Source: Octopus sinensis
Lineage: Eukaryota
Reading direction: 5' to 3'
NCBI RefSeq assembly: GCF_006345805.1
Contig: NC_043015.1
Span: 13,640,001 to 13,704,000 of the forward strand
DNA: 64,000 nt
In this document: positions 1 to 12,165 of the stretch, piece by piece
How positions within the stretch are numbered: position 1 is the first letter of the stretch
Layout of the letters: each line of letters begins with the position of its first letter
Notes under the pieces: model-generated
What the model saw: only the letters and a program-made list of their open reading frames with translations
Told to the model about the DNA's origin: nothing
Database searches by the model: none
Program-made: the position numbers and the translations under genes

Positions 1-59
1 TATGAAGCACTGGCATGGGTGAATTTACACCCACAAGCCTGCAAGACCAGGATCTCTTA

Positions 60-760
60 GTTGAGAGAGGGATGTAGAGGACATGCCTGTATGCATAAAC
101 AACCACAATTTTACTTAGCTTGGCATATCTTCTCAAGCACAGCAAACAGCCAACAGTCTCGGTCCCTTGTCATCTCTGTAAGGCCTTTCTCTCCTTTCTC
201 ACAACTTCATCCCATCAACTGACTATACCAGCACAATCTTTTCTTTTGAACACTACATCTAATGCCTCATGTACCCAATGCTTCTCTCAAATCACTTACA
301 ATCTGACATACACACTCACTGATATTACCCATCCAGCAGAGCATGTTGATTGCATTTCTTTGAAACCTTCACATATCCTCAGTAGTCACAGTCCATGTCT
401 CACTGCCATTTAGCATAGCTGTTCATACACAGGTATCATATAATCTGCTTTTCACTCTGAGGGAGAGGCCCTTTGTTACCAGCAAATATAGCAGTTCTCT
501 GAACTCTGCCCAACCTGTTCTTATTCTAACAACTATGCTTTCAGAACTAACTTGGTCACCTAAGTAACAAAAACTGTCTACCACTTTTAAGGATGCTTTA
601 GGACATTTGAGGGAATCTATTTTTTTGTACATTCCTGGTGTTTAATGTACCTGCACATCTGCCTCATATAAAGACTACTTTCTCTTTTAACCTTCCTGTG
701 ATACTGTTGCGCCTCTTATGTGTCCATAGCCTACAATAGGTACACTGCAGAGATATATCT
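60..760 (-). mobile_element. Decayed RTE/RTE-X non-LTR retrotransposon, C-terminal RT region
   Basis: ORF 423-632 reads LKVVDSFCYLGDQVS...RIRTGWAEFRELLYLLVTKGLSLRVKSRLYDTCV, typical of the RTE post-RT region. Upstream on the minus strand is a Cys-rich QCTYCRLWTHKR...GRCAG segment. Stops and frameshifts are present. Confidence 0.85.
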
Positions 761-1277
761 AACAATATTAGCCCGTATTTTAGCTGAGCCTTAAGTTTTA
801 AAAGTGCAGCTGACTACTATTACATTTTACCCTTTCAATTGAGAAATTTTTTCCCAACCTTCCCTAGAGGGCTTGTTTAAATCACTGCTTGTTTACAGTA
901 TAAGCTAAAATAATGTTCTTGAGAGTTAATGTGTCAAGTATGCATGAATTAAAAACAATAGCAGGTTTTAATTTTCTGGGTTAATTAGGTGATGTTTATA
1001 ATATAGGTTTAATTAAAATTCTTGGGAATATTTTATGGAAATGACAACATTTATGGGAAGATATTATCTGTAGCATTCTGTCCTGAGAAATAATTATTTG
1101 ACAATTTTTTTTTTTAGGGTAGAGCCTGAAAGGGAACAGAAAACTGCATCAAATTTGAACATCTGAGTTCAAATGTTGCTGAGATTGACTTTGCCCTTCA
1201 TCATTTCAGTGTCAATAAGATAAAGCACCAGCCAAGTACTAGAGTTGGTCTAGCAGCAAAATATGAAACTGTTATTA

Positions 1278-1470
1278 TTTAGCCCCAGTTTGTCCAGCAG
1301 ACTTCTGACTAAAGCTTTTCCAGCTGTGACCATCCCACCTTTTATTCAAACAAAATGCATCTAGGTCTACATTATTCAATGTATCCTTCCATTATTAATG
1401 ATTTGAGTGAGATTTAGCTGCTACTGCTAGCAAACAGATCAACGAAATGGGAGCTCCCACATTAGCTCAT
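1278..1470 (-). repeat. Unclassified ~200 bp dispersed repeat
   Basis: The motifs ttccagctgtgaccatcc and gatttagctgctactgctagca recur in degenerate form near 3280-3420, 17040-17245 (opposite strand), 19870-20100, 44450-44690 and 57245-57430. Confidence 0.55.
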
Positions 1471-2235
1471 ATTTATTGCTGTTTGTAATAATGGTCCCAA
1501 ATTTTGGTACATGGTCAGCAGTTTTTTAGGGGTGGTGGGTTAGTGAATTACTTCAACCCAATTGCTCGTACTTAATTTATTGATCCTAGAAGGATAGGAA
1601 GTAAAGTCAACTTGGGTGAAATTTGAACCCAGGATGAGAAAAGCAGGTGGAAGTATTTTTATGAAGGATGGGTAACTGTAATAGATTAAGAGTGTTGTTT
1701 GATAATACCAACATTTCTTGAACATAAACCAATACTAACATTGTACGCGGCACAGATACACCGTGTTTATTTGAATAGAAAACTTGTAACAAATATTCCC
1801 ATGTCATGAAATTCCTTCTTAATTGAATTAACACTCTGTAGCTCTCTTAAATTTCTAAAAGGGAAAGACCTGTTTCACGTTGAAGCTGTATAGAATGTTG
1901 GGTTTCACTACCATTCTACAATTAATAATCATTTCACACAGTTTATTCTTTACTGGGAGTGGGATGAGAAGTAACTTGTTGTTAACAAAGGTTACAAAAG
2001 TGTAGATGCATTGGTGATTTGGGACTTTACAAAATGTAAAGAACAAATAAGGAAATACGAAAAATACTTTAAAACACATAAAGTGATGCTAACATGCTAT
2101 CTTAAAAATAGTGTTTTTGTTTTGTTTTGTTTCTTGTAGTGACCTGGGCGTTTGTAGATTGTGATTATTAAGTGCATATTTTTACATAGATGTAAGGAGG
2201 CAAAGAGTAAAATGCATGAAACTGAGAAGGTAAAT

Positions 2236-2635
2236 TACAGAGGGAAGGTTGAGAGTAAGTAATGTAAAGAATTCTTTGTTGGCTTGAAACATAGTTGTTG
2301 TCTAGCCCCAGTTCAACACTGAGCAGAACTATTGTCAAAACTTTCAAATCAACAGCTGCCTGTCTTTCTGACTATCAGATCAGACTCGTTACCAGACTTT
2401 GATGCCTGAGGGTTGAAAAGAATATTCTGGGTACAGAGGGAAGGTTGAGAATAAGTAATATAAAGAATCCTTTTTTTGACTTGAAACATAGATGTTGTTT
2501 AGCTCCAGCTCAACACTGACTGAGCAGAACCATTATCAAAACTTTCAAGTCAATGACTGTCTGTCTTTTCTGATTATCAGATCAGGCCCATCAGCAGACT
2601 TTGGTGCCTGAGGGTGCTTCAGAATATTCTGGGTA
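2236..2635. repeat. Diverged tandem duplication, ~196 bp period, 2 copies
   Basis: tacagagggaaggttgaga...aatattctgggta starts at both 2236 and 2432. Confidence 0.9.
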
Positions 2636-3853
2636 GGCAGTAATTTGTAATAATGCTAAAGTGGAGTTTCAAAATAAGTATAGCACTGTAAACCTGAAGG
2701 TACACTATTGAATAGTGGGGGTGGGGAGCAGTGCTACCCAGAGCACCCCATTAGCAACAGGCATATATTAAATATCAAATTCTCTGACGTATTTTTTTTA
2801 TCTCTCTTTCCAGCTCTGACCCAATTACTTCTACTCACTCTTTGATAATGTGAGTAGCCAGAGCCTCTTCTTTCCTGGCTCCCTCTCTTGTACTTTAATC
2901 ACTCATCTTCTAGCATATAACCATTTTTCATCTTCACTGTTGTCCCAGTTAAAAGGGAACTTAATCTTGCAAGCTGCCTGGTGACTTCACAAGTGATAGT
3001 GCCATGAAAAAAGCACCCAATACACTCTGTAAAGTGGTGAATGCTATGAAGATCATACAGCCATAGAAACCATGCCAAAGCAAATACTGGAACATGATGC
3101 AGTTGGATCAGCCATAGAAAACATGATGCAGTTGGATCCTAACAGACCATCCAACCTATGCCAACATCGAACATGGATATTAAAAGCTGATGATGATGAT
3201 GATGATAGAGCTTTGACTGGACTTTGACTGTTATTTCTAACAGATTAAGTAACTGCATAGAGGCTTCTATAGTTGTTATTACTTAACCTCAGGTTAGTCC
3301 TGATTGAGAAGATGCATGACAAAAGGTGGTGCAGCTATGACCACCCTGCCTGCTTGTATATCATTGGCTTCTTGTCCAGGGCATCTTTCTTTTTCAATCA
3401 TTTGATAGAGATTTAGCCGCAACTTAACATTATACTTGTTCAGAATTACCTCTAACAGTTAATATGCATGGTGCTTTGGCTATCAGGGAAGTAAATCACC
3501 AACTGACCCCTAATAAGCAAATAAATACTCATATATTGAGTACTCTTTTGAGTTTGTAAACAGAACTGTGTGTACATGTGTATATCATCATCATCAGCAG
3601 CATTGTCATCATCATCAGTATTGTACCAAGATGATAAAAATTATAAATAGAATAGTCATTTACCCCTTTAAGAAAAAAAAATGAAATTGAAAATGTTTAC
3701 ACTTCAAAGAGTCACCTTAGTTACTGCTGGCTGTCCTTTATACTTGCTTTCTTTTTCTTCCCTTGATCATTGATATAACTTCTAAAGTCCCTATATTTTT
3801 TGATTCACAGGTACTTTTTTTTTTAAAGGGGAAAATTACTATTTTATTTAAAA

Positions 3854-4270
3854 GGCGCAGGAGTGGCTGTGTGGTAAGTAGCTTGCTAACCAGCCACATG
3901 GTTCCAGGTTCAGTCCCACTGCGTGGCATCTTGGGCAAGTGTCTTCTGCTATAGCCCCGGGCCAACCAATGCCTTGTGAGTGGATTTGGTAGACGGAAAC
4001 TGAAAGAAGCCTGTCGTATATATGTATATATATATGTGTGTGTGTGTATGTGTTTGTGTGTCAACCGATGCTGGTGTGTTTACGTCCCCGTTACTTAGCG
4101 GTTCGGCAAAAGAGACCGATAAAATAAGTACTGGGCTTACAAAGAATAAGTCCCGGGGTCGATTTGCTCGACTAAAAGGCGGTGCTCCAGCATGGCCGCA
4201 GTCAAATGACTGAAACAAGTAAAAAGAGTAAAAAGAGTAAAAAAAGTAAAAAAAAAGAAAAAAAGAGTAA
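3854..4270 (+). mobile_element. tRNA-derived SINE, family A (internal microsatellite, AAAGAGT-repeat tail), near full length
   Basis: A-box-like gtggctgtgtggtaag, B-box-like ggttcagtccc, internal (TA)n(TG)n and an aaaagagt tail. Nearly identical to the copies at 6580-6969 and 46702-47118. Confidence 0.9.
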
Positions 4271-4279
4271 CCTTAATCA

Positions 4280-5130
4280 TCTTAATCAAAAAGCAGGAAA
4301 AGGAAGAAACTATCTCATTGTAGATGAAGATCAGTTGCAATGGGAGGAGTTGAATCTCATAAGAATGGAAAACCAATCAGCAACAAATGGGTCGTACCTT
4401 ATAACGGAGTTCTGCAACTGGTATGTTGCGGCACACTGGTGTGCCACAAGACAATGCTAGGTGTACCACAGTGTAATCTGAATATCGTTTTTTTCCCTAT
4501 ATTTTTTAGCTATAGTTTTAGTTCAAGTGTACCACTGAATTTTGGAAAGAATATCAATGTACCACAAGTGAAAACAAGTTGTGGATCACTGCCTTATAAT
4601 GAAACTCTTTTAAATGCATTCAAATGCCACTACAATGTTGAAATCATTGTGAGGTCAATTAAATACGTCATCAAGAACATGCTTAAAAGGAAATAAGCAA
4701 GCTGCTGTTCAAATAAACAATGATATTGAAATTAGTCAATATCTAATGGGTAGGTATATTTGACCATCTGAAGCAGTTGCATCCATTTTAGAATTTTCCA
4801 TTCATGAAAGAGCACCTGCAATAGTGAGACTGCAAGTTCACCTATCAGATGAACAAACAATATTGCTCAGAAATAATGAAGATATACATAGCAATCAATG
4901 AACAACATATGAGAACAACATTGACAGAATTCTTTTCATTGTGCACCAATGATGACTTTGCAAAAACATTGCTTTATGCTGAAGTACCCATGCATTTCAC
5001 TTGTAACAGTAGTAACAAAGAGTGGCAAAGAAGAAAGCAAGGCCATTTGAACGTTTTCAAAGAAAAAACACTTGGTCATGTTTACGTGTCACACCAAAAG
5101 CAGGAGAGCTGTATTATTTAAGAATTTTAT
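4280..5130 (+). mobile_element. Helitron RepHel fragment (Rep C-terminus/linker), decayed
   Basis: Peptides ISNKWVVPYN..LLNAFKCHYNVE..SIKYVIK, YLMGRYI*PSEA..IHERAPAIVRLQVHL and TTLTEFFSLC..AKTLLYAEVP..F..KEWQRRK match conserved Helitron RepHel blocks. Confidence 0.85.
4405..4591. mobile_element. hAT (Charlie-like) MITE inserted into the Helitron
   Basis: 8-bp TSD ccttataa at 4397-4404 and 4592-4599. Imperfect TIRs cggagttctgcaact / agttgtggatcactg. Removing the insert rejoins VVPYN-ETLL. Confidence 0.8.
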
Positions 5131-5936
5131 AGCATGAAGTTTGAAATAGTATTTTTGCCTTTGCTGCCATTCATTGACATTTTCAACTTGGAACGGCTGT
5201 AACCCAATGAGTTATGGGTCATCCGGTACATATATATATATGCAATACACATCAATGTGTGTGTGTGTTTGTGTGTGTATTTGCGTGTGGGTAAAAACAT
5301 TAATGATAACACACATAGTGTATTTTGTTTATACACCCATTAGCTGTAGGGTAAGGTCCTGGGAAATGTCCCTTTATGATGCCAACTGTTAAATAGCACT
5401 AAATGTTTCAGACCAAGTGAGATAATTCACCCGAAAGATAAACAGGGATGGTGGCTATCAATATTTTGCTCTTGTTTTAGCCCATCAGCACCATATACTC
5501 GACTCACCTCAAAACAAAATCATATCATCGGTCAGAGAGAGAGATATGCAAATAGTGTAATGTCTATTTGCTGATGTGTTGTGCATAACACATAGGAGAC
5601 AAAATGAAAAACTTTAAATTAAAAGCAGCTTTAATAAAATAAAACATTATCGATGACACATTCATAGTGTATGTTTCATTTATACACCGATTAGTTGCAG
5701 GGTAGCCTCCTGGGAAACATTCCTTTGCAACATCAAGTGTTAAAGATCACTATGTGTATATACATATACATACATACATACATACATACATACATAATAC
5801 ATACATACATACATACATACATACATAATACATACATACATACATACATACGTACATACATATAGATACACATACACAAACATTCGTTTATATGAATACA
5901 TATGTAGTCATGTGTGCTTTTTACATATATGTATAT

Positions 5937-5988
<52 letters not shown>

Positions 5989-6135
5989 AACAATCAGATG
6001 ACTCATCTATACCATATAACAAATATATACCACATTAATTTTTATGATTGTTTCATTCTACAATATCTGAACAATAGCACCATTAGTTACAATTCCCCAG
6101 TGAGACTTGGTAGACAGAAAGTGGAAAGAGTTTAC

Positions 6136-6206
<71 letters not shown>

Positions 6207-6579
6207 CATGTGTGTGTGTATATTTGTCATATAGATATATATGTGTATTGAACGCAAAAAGCACCATTTGAGTGTGATCAATGCCAGTGCTGCCGGACTG
6301 GCTCCCATTGAACATCACGGAAAAGCAACATTCAAGCATGGTCGATGCCAGTGCAAGCATCATGCAAGAAGTGTTCTTTGTTTCTAATCTTCCAAGACAT
6401 GTCTGGTCACGGAAAAATATTAACTTACTTGGAAACAAGAGAAGATTGGTGTAATATCAGAGGAATCTAGCCACAGAAAATCTGCCTCAACAAATTCTGT
6501 TCAACCCATGCATGCATGGAAAAGAGGATATTAAATGGAGATATATACATAAATATATATATATATATATATATATATC

Positions 6580-6969
6580 TTTTACTCTTTTACTTGTTTC
6601 AGTCATTTGACTGCGGCCATGCTGGAGCACCGCCTTTAATCGAGCAACTTGACCCCGGGACTTATTCTTTTGTAAGCCCAGTACTTATTCTATCGGTCTC
6701 TTTTGCCGAACCACTAAGTAACGGGGACATAAACACACCAGCATCAGTTGTCAAGCAATGCTAGGGGACAAACACACACATGCATATATATATATATATA
6801 CATATATACGACGGGCTTCTTTCAGTTTCCGTCTACCAAATCCACTCACAAGGCTTTGGTCGCCGAGGCTATAGTAGAAGACACTTACCCAAGGTGCCAC
6901 ACAGTGGGACTGAACCCGGAACCATGTGGTTGGTAGACAAGCTACTTACCACACAGCCACTCCTGCGCC
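6580..6969 (-). mobile_element. tRNA-derived SINE family A, full length
   Basis: Reverse complement of the 3854-4270 element. Confidence 0.9.
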
Positions 6970-7027
6970 TATATATATATATATGCTTTTTATATATATA
7001 TATGCTTTTTTTACTAGGGAAGGCCAG

Positions 7028-7096
7028 TTTATGAGATTACTCTGAGTTTCCCATCCATAAGGGTTTAGCTTTATGGCATATCGCCAGACCCCAAAA
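7028..7096 (-). ncRNA. Degenerate type-I hammerhead ribozyme in the inverted pLTR
   Basis: Minus strand reads ttttggggt CTGGCGA ..ccataaag/ccttatgg.. GAAA ctc a gag TA atctcataaa. Confidence 0.55.
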
Positions 7097-8296
7097 TCTG
7101 TTGGCTTAAGACCTCTTCAAATTACGGAGGGGGAAAGGCCTTGTATGAATGTAAACAAGGGGATTATCTCCCTTTGCCATTAGCTATCAACTTCCAGCTG
7201 TGTTGCCATCTTGCAAATCCCAAAATGTCAGCTGGAATTTCCAAAAATGCAAACATGGCCTGAAAATCTCTGTTCCGGAGTTAAGGATGCTCCCTGGCTC
7301 AAGCAAGTCTTTTAGGATTCTCGCACATTCAGCTATGCATAACTTGCGGTGCTTCATCTTGATGTAGGGGCTTGAGTTTTTGAGGATTTTCCATGAGATC
7401 GAGTGTAGGATTCCATTGTTTCTTAGATGCCAGACATGACTGGGCAGCAATGTTACGTATCTCCTTTCCAGGACCCTGAAGGAGAATTTATGGCTGGAAA
7501 TGCATTACTTGAAAGAATTCCCATTACATCCAATGAATTTCTGTGTGCACACGTTGCCAACACTGCACTTGTTACTGTTGCTATGGTCATTGTTGCTGCT
7601 GTTGCCAAGCGAGAGGCTAACGTACATCAACACAACCTCCTGTCACCTACCAATCATGTTCAAGAACCTGGTTAAGGGTGTTAGTAAGAGGATTTTGAGC
7701 CTTTCCTCTAACAAAGAGGCCTTCGATGCAGTAGCCTCATACTATAAAGAGACCCTAACTGCCAGCGGGTTTAGGGACCGCATCTCCTATATGCCGGAAC
7801 CCAACAGCCACAGAAGGAAGCACCACAAGAATACAATTTGGTTTGCATCCCCCCTTCTCCCTTAACACAATAATGCCTGTAAGTAGACTATTCCTTAAAT
7901 TAAAAGACAAGCACTTCACTAGCTCCCATAGGTACAGGCCCATTTTCAACAGACACAACGTTAGGGTCTCATTTAGTTGTGCCCCCAATATTAAGAGCAT
8001 CCTAGTTAGTGCCCCTAAGCCACTAGAAGAAGCATGTTGTTCATGCAGGAACCACAATAGTCACCCGGTAGGAGGCCACTGCAAAACCAAAGGGGACGTC
8101 TATCAAACTGAAGTACCAGTGAACCCTGCCAATACCACTGGCAGGAGCAATAGCAGCCAGAGGCATGAAACAGAGCCAACAACACCGCAGCCATTACTGC
8201 AGTGGACAGCATTAGCAATGTCAACAACAGCAGCACCATTGACAGCAGGAACAACACCCTCGACAGCACCATCACTAACATCAAAAGCAGCAACAC

Positions 8297-8509
8297 CTAT
8301 TTATTTACTACCCACAAGGGGCTAAACACAGAGGGGACAAATAAAGGGATTAAGTCAATTACATCGACCCCAGTGCGTAACTGGTACTTAATTTATTGAC
8401 CCCAAAAGGATGAAAGGCAAAGTCGACCTCGGTGGAATTGGAACTCAGAACGTAGCGGATACGGATTACGCCCGGCATGCTAACGTTTCTGCCAGCTCGC
8501 CGCCTTAAA
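8297..8509 (-). mobile_element. tRNA-derived SINE family B (central gcctttcatccttttggggtcaataaattaagtacca domain), with TSD
   Basis: 14-bp TSD aaaagcagcaacac at 8283-8296 and 8510-8523. Head ggcggcgagctggcagaaac..gagttccaattcc. Related copies near 1500-1660, 12927-13140, 13265-13480, 15530-15735, 21410-21624, 51335-51530 and 53670-53790. Confidence 0.9.
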
Positions 8510-9635
8510 AAAAGCAGCAACACAGCCACCAGCACCAGCCTCACCAGTAGCTTCCCTGACAGCAGAACTGACAACATCCACACTAGCAGACCTGACAGCC
8601 ACTATAGTAGGAGCAGAAACATGTTCAGTGCCATTGCAAGCTATGACGGCAACAACAGCAATGGCAGCAGTCCTAGCAGAAGCTATGGCATAAACATGGC
8701 TAATGACACCTCTAACGGCAGTGGCAGCTCCCCCACCATCAGTGGAGACCGCAATATTAATAGTAATAACAACAACAATAGCTGCAATATCAGCAGTATT
8801 AACAACAACAGCACCATCTCCATAACCAGCAATGACAATAGGATTACCAATGCTACCACCAACCCCACCATTGCAAGCACCAACACCAGCAGCCCCAGCT
8901 CCAACAACAGCAATACCAATGATAGCAGCAGCAACAACAACAACAGCAACAACAGTAACAACAACAAAAGGTGCAGCACCAGCAACACACGCAGGGGCGA
9001 TAACATTAACTCCGGTGGCACCAACACCAGTAGCCCCAGCTCCAGCATCAACAGCAACAACAACAGCAGCAACACTAACAGGTGCAGTGCCGACAACGCG
9101 CACCCACAGAAATACATTGGATGAACTGGGAATTCTTTCAAGCAAGACATTCTAGCCATAAATTCTCCTTCAGGGTCCCGGAAAAGAGATAGGTAACATC
9201 GCAAGCAGTCACATCTGGCAACTAAGAGACAATGGGATCCCATACTCAATCTCATGGAAAATCCTTGAAAACTCAGGCCCCTACATCAACAGGATGAAGC
9301 GCTGTAAGTTATAAATAGCTGAATGTGCAAGAATCCTAAATAACTCACTCATGCCAGGGAGCAGAATGGAGATTTTCAGGCTATGTTTTCATTTTAGGAA
9401 ATTCCTGCTGGTGCTTTGGGATCTGCGAGATGGCAGCACAGCCGGAAGTTGATATCCAATGGCAAAGGGAAATAATCCCCTATTGTTTACCTTTGTAGCT
9501 TTTTCGAGACAGCAAGATGGCAGCTCAGCCAGAAGTCAATAGTCAATAGCGAATGGCAAAGGGAGATAATCCCCTTGTTTATATCCATACAAGGCCTTTC
9601 TCCCTCCATAATTTGAAGAGGTCTTAAACTAACAG

Positions 9636-9704
9636 TTTTTGGGGTCTGATGAAACGCCATAAGGTAAACCCTTATGGATGGAAAACCCAGGATAATCCAA
9701 TAAA
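9636..9704 (+). ncRNA. Type-I hammerhead ribozyme motif in the PLE pLTR
   Basis: CTGATGA at 9646-9652, stem II ccataagg/ccttatgg, GAAA at 9681-9684, short stem III, TA, and stem I ggggt/atcc. Confidence 0.65.
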
Positions 9705-9834
9705 CTGGCCTTCCCCAGTTAAAAAAAGAAATATATTGTTCTACATCTTAGAGTGTGCTTCTTCTTTGGATTTATATTTTCTACAAAGGATATACATATG
9801 TATTTATATATTTATATACATATATCATATGATC

Positions 9835-10085
9835 ACATGACTGACCAGGTGATCAGATGTTGTTACATATCCCTGATCACAAAGCATTTTTGCATTGTTT
9901 TATCCTTCAGATAATGACAGCTCACTGGCTAGGTGAGCAGGCCAACATTCCCCATTGAAAGGGGAACTGGAGCAGCATGAAATGAAGTGTTTTGCTCAAG
10001 AATGCAACATGCTGTCCAATCAGGGAATCAAACCCATGATCTAGTGATCGTGAATGCAACAGCCTAACCACTAGGCCATGTGCCA
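9835..10085 (-). mobile_element. tRNA-derived SINE family C
   Basis: Minus-strand head catggcctagtggttagg..gggtttgattccc followed by ttcttgagcaaaacacttcatttca. Related copies at 26100-26345, 33980-34285, 48125-48250 and 62870-63112. Confidence 0.75.
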
Positions 10086-10089
10086 TAAT

Positions 10090-10141
<52 letters not shown>

Positions 10142-10297
10142 AATATATATATATAATATATATACACACACACATTTAGTATGCACACGTATGTGTGAGC
10201 ACACATGTGCATATATATGTATATGTATATGCACACATATATATCTATCACTCCCTTTCTCTCTCTCACACACACAGACACACACATGCACACACAC

Positions 10298-10331
<34 letters not shown>

Positions 10332-10606
10332 ACACACACACACATGATGTCTTGTACATATTTTCCTTTTCCCAATTTCCACCAAATGAATATGGTGGAA
10401 AACAGTTGCTAAAGGTGCCATGTTATGTGATGAAACTAGGCATCATATTGTTGCAAAACAATTTAGGCTCTCAACTATGGTTTCTGCCCAAAACAATAGT
10501 AAAAATAAACAGCATATCAATGAACTAAATCTTTTAACATCTGGAGTAAGGGTACTCAATTTCCTAGCACTCATCATACCCATGAAATCAGGAGTACAGG
10601 CGTTAT

Positions 10607-10748
10607 AGGCGTAGGAGTGGCTGTGTGATAAGTAGCTTGCTTACCAACCACATAGTTCTGGTGGGCAAGTGTCTTCTACTATAGCCTTGGGCCGATCAAA
10701 GCCTTGTGAGTGGATTTGGTAGATGGAAACTGAAAGAAGCATGTTGTA

Positions 10749-10793
<45 letters not shown>

Positions 10794-11082
10794 AATAAGC
10801 AACAAGAATATCTTCGGTAATTTGGTACGATCGTTTCACGCTACATCATTTTATTAAATGTTGGAAGTATTACAACAGTTTTAAAATGTTGAGCAATCAT
10901 CAGCCATTAATAGAGGTTTTCCATTAATACATAATTTTTCTATCAATTGATAACATTATAGAGAAGGTAGATATATAGACAAGTTCCCTTTCTCCTTCTT
11001 TCCTTCTTTCCTGAGCATCCAATAATACTATATTTGTTCCACGTCCTCACGTTGTTTTTTTGTGCTTTCTTGTTTGGATTAG

Positions 11083-11160
<78 letters not shown>

Positions 11161-11362
11161 ATATTTATGTATATATATGTGTATGTGTCTGTGTCTGTCC
11201 CCCCAACCTCACTTGACAACTGATGTTGGTGTGTTTACGTCTCTGTAACTTAGCGGTACAGCAAAAGAGACCAATAGAATAAGTACTAAGCTTACAAAGA
11301 ATAAGTCCTGGGGTCGATTTGCTCGATTGGCCGCAGTCAAATGACTGAAACAAGTAAAGAGT
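10607..11362 (+). mobile_element. SINE family A interrupted within its microsatellite by PLE-derived fragments (about 10790-11085)
   Basis: The head (10607-10750) and tail (11170-11362) match family A and are separated by foreign sequence embedded in (TA)n. Confidence 0.8.
10820..10908 (-). ncRNA. Type-I hammerhead ribozyme motif
   Basis: Minus strand reads tgg CTGATGA ttgct...agcgt GAAA cgatcg TA cca, with palindromic stem III and stem I tgg/cca. Confidence 0.65.
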
Positions 11363-12165
11363 AGTACAAAACAAAATAATCCAAGAATGGTAATTTCTCT
11401 AGAATAGACCACTAAATGTTATTCTTCAGATTCTTACTCTCTAACTCAATGATTTAGAGATTTAAATATTATAAAGCAAAATCAGACATAAAAATATATT
11501 CCATAAAAAATCATCATTAATTTTGTATAGAAATTATGCTTGTTAGTCTATTGATTGATATGTATAATGAACTTATTGTATACAATGCTCAGGTCCTCTA
11601 CAACTTATCAGAAACAGTAGCCAAAAATGCATATAGTCTATTGATTGATTGTGAATTCTCTATTGTTGATTAATGGTAATTGTAACCTGTAAATTATTCC
11701 ATATGATTGATTTGTATTTTGTTAATTTAAGCATAAATTGTTCCATGTGAAGGAAGTCATGCATATCTAAATTGATAATAGTTCCAATCCCATCTCTGAA
11801 ATAACAATGTGTGCATGGCTAGGAAGAAGAAATCTCCAACAACATAACACTTAATGTTCCAGTTCACCTTTTTGCTATAAAGGGGGGACTGGAACACAGC
11901 AACCTCACAAAAGTCTTGGGGGCAAAGTTCTAAGGTATGCCTCTCTTACTATGAAAATCTGCCCAGTGATTCTTTCCTCAGATATTCAATTCTTATGCCT
12001 GGCAGAACTATTCTGCTAGAGAATGGGTTACAACAGTCACTAGATATGCTAATTAGCTATGATATAAGAAGAGTCCAGCTGGACAAGTAAATGCTTTTAA
12101 TAATGGAAAGTAAGATTTACGATATCGGAAGAATATCCTCTCCTTCCATCATCTTTTGTTCTTTG

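Larger units (their letters stand above)
7000..9737 (+). mobile_element. Penelope-like element, 5'-truncated, with inverted partial pseudo-LTR (7000-7606, minus strand)
   Basis: RT thumb peptide LTYINTTSCH..KNLVKGVSKRILSLSSNKEAF..YYKETLTASGF..NTIWF/PPFS..FLKLKDKHF..YRPIFNRHNVRVSFSCAPNI. Then CSCRNHNSHPVGGHC..GDVY, KYIG*TGNSFK, and HIW..W..KRCKL..E. Region 7000-7606 is an inverted copy of about 9050-9737. Confidence 0.9.

Noticed and set aside
8480-9255. Long minus-strand Val/Ala- and Leu-rich ORFs resembling membrane proteins
   Set aside because: Antisense shadows of the AAC/AGC low-complexity tract in the Penelope element.
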